Below, piece by piece: positions 27,480 through 31,954 of a stretch of DNA of 31,954 nucleotides (its first letter is position 1; each line of letters opens with the position of its first letter). The notes under the pieces were generated by a model, which saw only the letters and a list, made by a program, of their open reading frames with translations, had not been told where the DNA came from and ran no database searches. The position numbers were made by a program, and so were the translations under genes. Source of the stretch: a virus (Duplodnaviria > Caudoviricetes); the IMG/VR virus record IMGVR_UViG_3300042879_000936, positions 1 through 31,954 of that record; one strand, written 5' to 3'.

Positions 27480-27674
27480 ATGGATGACACCACTCGCAAG
27501 ACGGAGCGCCGCCACGCGACGCTCACTATCAAGGCTGCGACCAAGCGTCGCATCGAGCGGTTCGCCGAGGCGGGTCGATGGACGCAATGCGCCCTGATCG
27601 ATCTGCTGCTCGACCGCTACGCGCATGAACTGCCGCAGCCTGTGACCGAACCGTCCGAACGCGACTACATCTGA
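27480..27674 (+). CDS. Ribbon-helix-helix-like DNA-binding regulator (64 aa)
   Basis: AAGGAGAG RBS. HATLTI (strand), KAATKRRIERFAEA (helix), GRWTQCALIDLLLDRY (helix). Confidence 0.65.
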   Translation: MDDTTRKTERRHATLTIKAATKRRIERFAEAGRWTQCALIDLLLDRYAHELPQPVTEPSERDYI

Positions 27675-27722
27675 AACAACGCCGTGGGTCACGAAGACCA
27701 CACGGCGGTTTGGGAGAGACCA

Positions 27723-28586
27723 ATGCTTGAACGATTCACACCCCCGGCGCTTCCCCACATTGAGCGGGATCTGCCTGACACAATCTATCACTCCTTCGAT
27801 GCAATGTCTGCATCGAGGCTTCGGATTCTCGACCGCAGCACCTCGCTGCATCTGGCGCACAGCATCGCGAACCCAAGCGATTCCCCGGCGCTTGCCGTCG
27901 GTCGCGCCCTGCATTGCAAGGTGCTGACCCCTCACCTGTACTTGCGTGACTTTGTGGTGGCTCCTGCCGTGGACCGCCGCACCAAGGAAGGCAAGGCGAC
28001 CTACGAGTCGTTCGTCGCATCGGTCGGCAACAAGACCGTGCTGACCGCCGACCAAGCCGAAGAGGTGTCGGCGATGGCTGCTGCCATTGCCGCCAACCCG
28101 GACGCACGCATGGTGGTGTCCGACCTGAACGGCAGCGCCGAGGTCTCGCTGTTCGCCGAGATCGCTGGCGTGCGTGCGAAGTCGCGCTTCGACAGGCTGG
28201 TCGAGGTCAACGGCGAGCGCATCATCGTCGATGTGAAGACCACCGCATCGAGCGCATCGAAGTCGGAGTTTGAGCGCACGATCTGGAACTTCGGGTACGG
28301 CGTGCAATGCGCGTTCTACTTGGAGATGGCGCGTGCGTGCGGCGTTCCGGCGCAGCACTTCGTGTTCGTCGTGGTCGAGAAGACAGCGCCGTATGCGACC
28401 GCCGTCTATCGGTTCAGCGACGAGATCGCGGAGGCGTTCCGCCCCCGGATGCTTGAACTCGTCGCGCAGTACAAGGCTTATCTCGCGGAAGGTCCGCGTG
28501 GTTACGAAGGTGTCACGGAGATCGGCATCCCAGCGTGGGCTGCTGCTCGCATCGCAACGAACTTGGGAGAGTTCAATGAAGTCTGA
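27723..28586 (+). CDS. RecE/exonuclease VIII-like PD-(D/E)XK nuclease (DUF3799-like)
   Basis: YH...MSASRL...ALAVGRALHCKVL.P...AEVSLF...KSRFDRL...IVDVKTT...YGVQCAFY...FVFVVVEKTAPY; GGGAGAG RBS before ATG 27723. Confidence 0.88.
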   Translation: MLERFTPPALPHIERDLPDTIYHSFDAMSASRLRILDRSTSLHLAHSIANPSDSPALAVGRALHCKVLTPHLYLRDFVVAPAVDRRTKEGKATYESFVASVGNKTVLTADQAEEVSAMAAAIAANPDARMVVSDLNGSAEVSLFAEIAGVRAKSRFDRLVEVNGERIIVDVKTTASSASKSEFERTIWNFGYGVQCAFYLEMARACGVPAQHFVFVVVEKTAPYATAVYRFSDEIAEAFRPRMLELVAQYKAYLAEGPRGYEGVTEIGIPAWAAARIATNLGEFNEV

Positions 28587-29637
28587 AATCGTGAAGGCTG
28601 GGCTGACCAGCGACAAGATCGAGTTGATCGGACGCACCATCGCGAAGGGCTGCTCGCCCGACGAGTTGGCGCTCTTCATCGCCATCTGCGACCGCACCGG
28701 GCTTGACCCGTTCGCTCGTCAGATCTACGCCATTCCGCGCTGGGACAACAAGTTGAAGCGGAATGTGATGACCCCGCAAGTCAGCATCGACGGCGCTCGC
28801 CTCGTCGCCCAGCGCAGCGGTCAGTACGCGGGGCAGGACGGTCCGTACTGGTGCGGAGATGACGGCGTGTGGAAGGATGTGTGGCTCTCCAACAAGCCGC
28901 CCGTCGCCGCGAAGGTCGGCGTGATGCGGACGGGGTTTGCCGCCCCGGTCTATTCGGTCGCGCTGTTCAGCGAGTACGCGCAGCGGTTCGATGACGGAAA
29001 CCTGTCAGGCTTGTGGAAGAAGATGCCCGTCGGCATGATCGCGAAGTGCGCTGAAATGCTCTCGTTGAGGAAGGTTTTCCCTGCCGAACTGTCCGGTCTG
29101 TACAGCGCCGAGGAGATGTCGCAAGCCGACTCGCCCGTCGCCGAGACCCCGGTCGTGATGGACCGCCAGAGCGCTGGGCTGAAGGCGTTGCGTCAGGCGA
29201 CCACCGTTGATATCATCGACGCGCCATCCACTCCGGTCGAGGTTGCTGCCCCGACCGTTCCGTCCCCCGGAAGGGGCGGGAGTGCCGCTAACGCTGGCGC
29301 TCCTGCCCTCCCGGCGGGGGAGGAAGGCGCGAGCGAAGACGAGGATCCGGGCTACGAGGTGCTGGTCATCTCGGAGTTTGAGTACGCCACCTCCAAGGGT
29401 GCGAACCCGCAGGAGTTCATGCGCGTGACCGGGGATGACGGCACGAAGTACTGCTGCTGGGACCAGCACCTGTTCCAGCGCATCGAGGAGTGCAAGGGGC
29501 TGGAGGTGAAGGCGGTCGTGCAGTTCCCGCCGCAGTCCACGGCTGCGCGTGGCGCGAAGCCGAAGATCACGCAGATCCTCGCGTCCCGCGAGCCGCGCAA
29601 GAAGGTGGAGGTGGACGATGCGTCGATCCCCTTCTGA
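28576..29637 (+). CDS. bet: Bet/RecT-family single-strand annealing recombinase with C-terminal extension
   Basis: ELALFIAICDRTGLDPFARQIYAI...VSIDGARLVAQRSGQYAG...W.KMP..MIAKCAE..LRK.FP..LSGLY.AEEM; adjacent to the exonuclease. Confidence 0.9.
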   Translation: MKSEIVKAGLTSDKIELIGRTIAKGCSPDELALFIAICDRTGLDPFARQIYAIPRWDNKLKRNVMTPQVSIDGARLVAQRSGQYAGQDGPYWCGDDGVWKDVWLSNKPPVAAKVGVMRTGFAAPVYSVALFSEYAQRFDDGNLSGLWKKMPVGMIAKCAEMLSLRKVFPAELSGLYSAEEMSQADSPVAETPVVMDRQSAGLKALRQATTVDIIDAPSTPVEVAAPTVPSPGRGGSAANAGAPALPAGEEGASEDEDPGYEVLVISEFEYATSKGANPQEFMRVTGDDGTKYCCWDQHLFQRIEECKGLEVKAVVQFPPQSTAARGAKPKITQILASREPRKKVEVDDASIPF

Positions 29638-30001
29638 CTTCGACGGCGCGAAGGGGGGCGGCGCAAGCCGCCCCCTGACGGGCGCGTGGCAGATCGCCCG
29701 TCGGTCCGACCCGGCGACATCGCACGCGGCGGCAGCGGACATCGCTCCGAAACTCGGTCGCATTCAGGCAGCGCTCCTCGACGCTTTCCGTTCGGCGCAG
29801 GATGGGCTGACTCCCGACGAGGCAGAGGCGCGTGCTGGTCTGCATATCGGCGCTCGCCGCCGGGTGAGCGAACTGCACAACGCTGGTCTGATTGAGCCGA
29901 CCGGGGAGGTTCGTCCCGGCAGGGCGGGCAAGGCGCAGCGCGTGTTCGCTCTGGTCCGCAAGACCGAGGTTCCGTCCGACCTGTTCGGGGGTGCAGCATG
30001 A
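29618..30001 (+). CDS. Winged-helix DNA-binding protein
   Basis: ARRSDPATSHAAA...GLTPDE...ARRRVSELHNAGLIEPTGEVR...QRVF; GGAGG upstream of ATG 29618. Confidence 0.7.
   Translation: MRRSPSDFDGAKGGGASRPLTGAWQIARRSDPATSHAAAADIAPKLGRIQAALLDAFRSAQDGLTPDEAEARAGLHIGARRRVSELHNAGLIEPTGEVRPGRAGKAQRVFALVRKTEVPSDLFGGAA
29654..29675 (+). promoter_or_regulatory. GNRA-capped hairpin just after the bet stop
   Basis: GGGGGCGGC-GCAA-GCCGCCCCC, a 9-bp perfect stem. Confidence 0.55.
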
Positions 30002-30336
30002 ACATCGACTGCACCATCGACATCGGCTGGATGCGGGAAGGGCAAGTGCAGTACGGCGCGAATGTCCAGTTCACCCTCCCGTCGAGGTCCAAGCCAACAG
30101 TCGTGTTCGTCGCTCTGCTGGAATCGTTGATGTACGCGATTGAGGAGATGCGAACCAACGCGACCGACAATGATCGGTTCGGCGTGGATGCGAAGGTGTT
30201 GCACATCATTGTCAGTCGCGAAGACAAGTCTGCGAGATTCGCGATGACCCACAAGCGTGGAGAGGACGAGAGCGGTGCGTGCGATGCCGTGATTGATTGG
30301 GTCTGCGGTGACAGCGTGCTGGAGGTGGTCCGATGA
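29998..30336 (+). CDS. Hypothetical protein
   Basis: 112 aa, ATGA-coupled on both sides. Confidence 0.6.
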   Translation: MNIDCTIDIGWMREGQVQYGANVQFTLPSRSKPTVVFVALLESLMYAIEEMRTNATDNDRFGVDAKVLHIIVSREDKSARFAMTHKRGEDESGACDAVIDWVCGDSVLEVVR

Positions 30337-30842
30337 GCCTCCCGTGGTTTCCGCTGTACGCGAACGACTTTGTGGTCTCGACGGTGACGATGTCCCCGGC
30401 GTGCGTCGGCTCGTACATCCGGCTGTTGTGCTACGCATGGACAGCCGGGTCGATCCCGAACGACTACGAGGTCTGTTCCCGCATCGCGGTCGGGATGACA
30501 CCGACGGAGTGGAACGAGATCCGCCATCGGTTTGAGGTGGTGACCGATCCAGATACGGCTATCGAGAAGTTGGTCAACCCCCGCATGGAGCGCGAGCGCG
30601 AGCGGACGGAGATGATCCGCGAGGCTCGCCGGGAGGCTGCTGCCCGGACGAACGCGAAGCGCTGGGGCGCTGACCGAGTCGGTGACCGATCCGGTGACCG
30701 TGTCGCTGACGGGTCGTATTCACAGTCACATTCACAACACACCACAGAAGGGGAGCGAGTCGGTGACCGAATCGGTAAGCGACCCAAGCACGACGCAGCC
30801 GCGCAGTTGCAGCGCATCACGAAAGGACGGACAGATGGGTGA
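30333..30842 (+). CDS. YdaU/DUF1376-family putative replication initiator
   Basis: LPWFPLYANDFVVSTVTMSPACVGSYIRLLCYAW..GSIPND...LVNPRMERE...AAARTNAKRW. Confidence 0.8.
   Translation: MSLPWFPLYANDFVVSTVTMSPACVGSYIRLLCYAWTAGSIPNDYEVCSRIAVGMTPTEWNEIRHRFEVVTDPDTAIEKLVNPRMERERERTEMIREARREAAARTNAKRWGADRVGDRSGDRVADGSYSQSHSQHTTEGERVGDRIGKRPKHDAAAQLQRITKGRTDG
30668..30784. repeat. 12-bp-period iteron-like repeats (core CGGTGACCG) inside the YdaU-like gene
   Basis: CGCTGACCGAGT, CGGTGACCGATC, CGGTGACCGTGT, CGCTGACGGGTC (30668-30715); TCACA-type short repeats; then CGGTGACCGAAT, CGGTAAGCGACC (30761-30784). Confidence 0.7.
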
Positions 30843-30984
30843 CGAACACGATCCGGGCGACGAGCATCACGATACGCCGAAGGAGATTCCCTACCCGCAC
30901 CCGACCCGGTTCGTTCGGTACGGACCGGGACCGGGCGAGTACTGGGAACCCGTGTACTTCAGACAGGAGAGAGACCGTGACTGA
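30835..30984 (+). CDS. Hypothetical protein (49 aa)
   Basis: AAGGA upstream of ATG 30835; overlaps each neighbour by 8 nt. Confidence 0.45.
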   Translation: MGDEHDPGDEHHDTPKEIPYPHPTRFVRYGPGPGEYWEPVYFRQERDRD

Positions 30985-31291
30985 CATCGTTGAAGAACTT
31001 CGCAAGCGCCACCGAAACACGACGGGTCTCGACCCGCGCATCACCAACCCCATCGTCGGACCGACCATCTTTTTTGAAGCCGCCGACGAGATCGAACGGC
31101 TGCGCGTGATCGTTCAAGGATGGGAACACTCGGCGCGGAACGCGGAGCGCGACATGGAAACCCTCCGCGCCGAGCGCGACGAGGCGAGGCGGATGTACTG
31201 CGGGCGGGTATCCCGCGATGTGCCGCTGGATGCGTTTGAGATTGCGAAGAACCATGAATGGGACTGCTTCAAGGAGGACGGCAATGAATGA
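30977..31291 (+). CDS. Small phage coiled-coil protein (DIVxxLR / EAADEIERLR type)
   Basis: AGGAGAG RBS, GTG 30977. TDIVEELR...EAADEIERLR...ERDEARR...WDCF. Confidence 0.7.
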   Translation: MTDIVEELRKRHRNTTGLDPRITNPIVGPTIFFEAADEIERLRVIVQGWEHSARNAERDMETLRAERDEARRMYCGRVSRDVPLDAFEIAKNHEWDCFKEDGNE

Positions 31292-31460
31292 CATCGAACT
31301 GTGCAAGCGGCTGCGCGACACCAACTCGCACATCACCCGATGGGGTTATGCAGTTGTCGCCGCAGACCGCATCGAAGAACTGAAGCGCGACCTGAACCGC
31401 GCTAACCAACGGCTCGGGTTGTTTCTTCACCATGCATCGAAGAAGAAGGGCAGGCGATGA
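31284..31460 (+). CDS. Small phage coiled-coil protein (AADRIEEL type)
   Basis: AAGGAGG RBS. MNDIELCKRLR...AADRIEELKRDL. Confidence 0.6.
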   Translation: MNDIELCKRLRDTNSHITRWGYAVVAADRIEELKRDLNRANQRLGLFLHHASKKKGRR

Positions 31461-31639
31461 CTGACGATCAACTTCACCATGAGGTTGCGCGGATGGCACG
31501 CGAACTTGCCGACAAGGATCGCGAGATCCAGCGGCTCAACATGGAATGCACTCGGCTCGCCCAGCGCAACGCCGTGCTGGTCTGCGAGATCGACCACGAA
31601 CGGGAACTTCGCAACGATCTCTACAGGGGGCAAGGATGA
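31457..31639 (+). CDS. Hypothetical coiled-coil protein
   Basis: 60 aa, ATGA-coupled on both sides. Confidence 0.55.
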   Translation: MTDDQLHHEVARMARELADKDREIQRLNMECTRLAQRNAVLVCEIDHERELRNDLYRGQG

Positions 31640-31890
31640 CAGACGAACAGGAACAGAAGATCGTGCTGCTTGCCGATGGGTTCAATCGCGGATTCCTCGG
31701 CATGACGCAGGAGTGGAACGGTCGCGTGCGTTCCGTCTACGACTTCGACAGATGCGTCAAGGTGCTGATGCGCCGGGACAAGATGACGGAGGAAGAGGCG
31801 GTCGAGTTCATGGAGTTCAATGTGGTCGGCTCGTATGTGGGAGAGGCGACACCGTTGTTCGTGCGTCGGATGAAAGTCACAGAGATCTGA
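31636..31890 (+). CDS. Conserved hypothetical phage protein (84 aa)
   Basis: ADGF...G...VYD...C...LM..D.M..EEA.EF.EFNV.GSYVGE.TP.F is a pattern I recall from aquatic phage ORFs. Confidence 0.7.
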   Translation: MTDEQEQKIVLLADGFNRGFLGMTQEWNGRVRSVYDFDRCVKVLMRRDKMTEEEAVEFMEFNVVGSYVGEATPLFVRRMKVTEI

Positions 31891-31910
31891 AGGAGATTGG
31901 GAGAGACAGC

Positions 31911-31954
31911 ATGGAAGCAACCAGTTACGCGCAGACTTGGGCGCTGATCACCAG
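31911..31954 (+). CDS. Start of a gene truncated by the window edge
   Basis: TTGGGAGAGAC leader, then ATG 31911 with the frame open to the end (MEATSYAQTWALIT). Confidence 0.45.
   Translation, partial: MEATSYAQTWALIT

Noticed and set aside
27681-27706. Hairpin GCCGTGGGTC-ACGAA-GACCACACGGC as a terminator or ncRNA
   Set aside because: The bulged stem is real but short, with only a GGTTT tail; not enough to assign a function.
567-29763. Long minus-strand ORFs (e.g. 567-2768, 4194-5579, 19218-21458, 24237-26336, 27435-28697)
   Set aside because: They mirror well-supported + strand genes, as expected from GC-rich codon bias; their translations are His/Arg/Val-skewed with no recognisable motifs.
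30668-30784. CRISPR-like array
   Set aside because: Units are 12 bp, contiguous and lack unique spacers; no cas genes.
1-31954. tRNA/rRNA genes, integrase, transposase or attachment sites
   Set aside because: Intergenic gaps are too short and no such motifs were seen; lifestyle and host cannot be determined from this window.

Overview
A GC-rich 32-kb segment of a podovirus-type tailed dsDNA phage (or prophage); all credible genes are on the + strand. Gene order: 3' end of the large terminase; a cluster of tiny, translationally coupled Lys/Arg-rich peptides; portal, scaffold, major capsid and decoration proteins; head-tail adaptor; fibre/receptor-binding genes; a holin/spanin-like cassette with no endolysin in view; an Mtd_N-type fibre; the tail nozzle; a cupin-SET fusion; three ejection-type proteins; and a ~3260-aa polyvalent (probably injected) protein. 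A sigma70-like promoter then starts an early module (RHH regulator, RecE-like exonuclease, Bet recombinase with SSB-like C-terminus, wHTH, YdaU/DUF1376 replication protein with iteron-like repeats, small ORFs). Most notable: (1) the giant protein is a chain of effector cassettes (HExxH peptidase, glycosylase-like domain, three ADP-ribosyltransferase-like domains) separated by a recurring xLxARR junction; (2) a SET methyltransferase in the virion module occurs with histone-tail-like micropeptides; (3) palindromic restriction sites are strongly avoided, and the only GGCC sites I found mark one cassette. Family assignments come from motif recall and gene order, not database searches; motif scans were done by eye.
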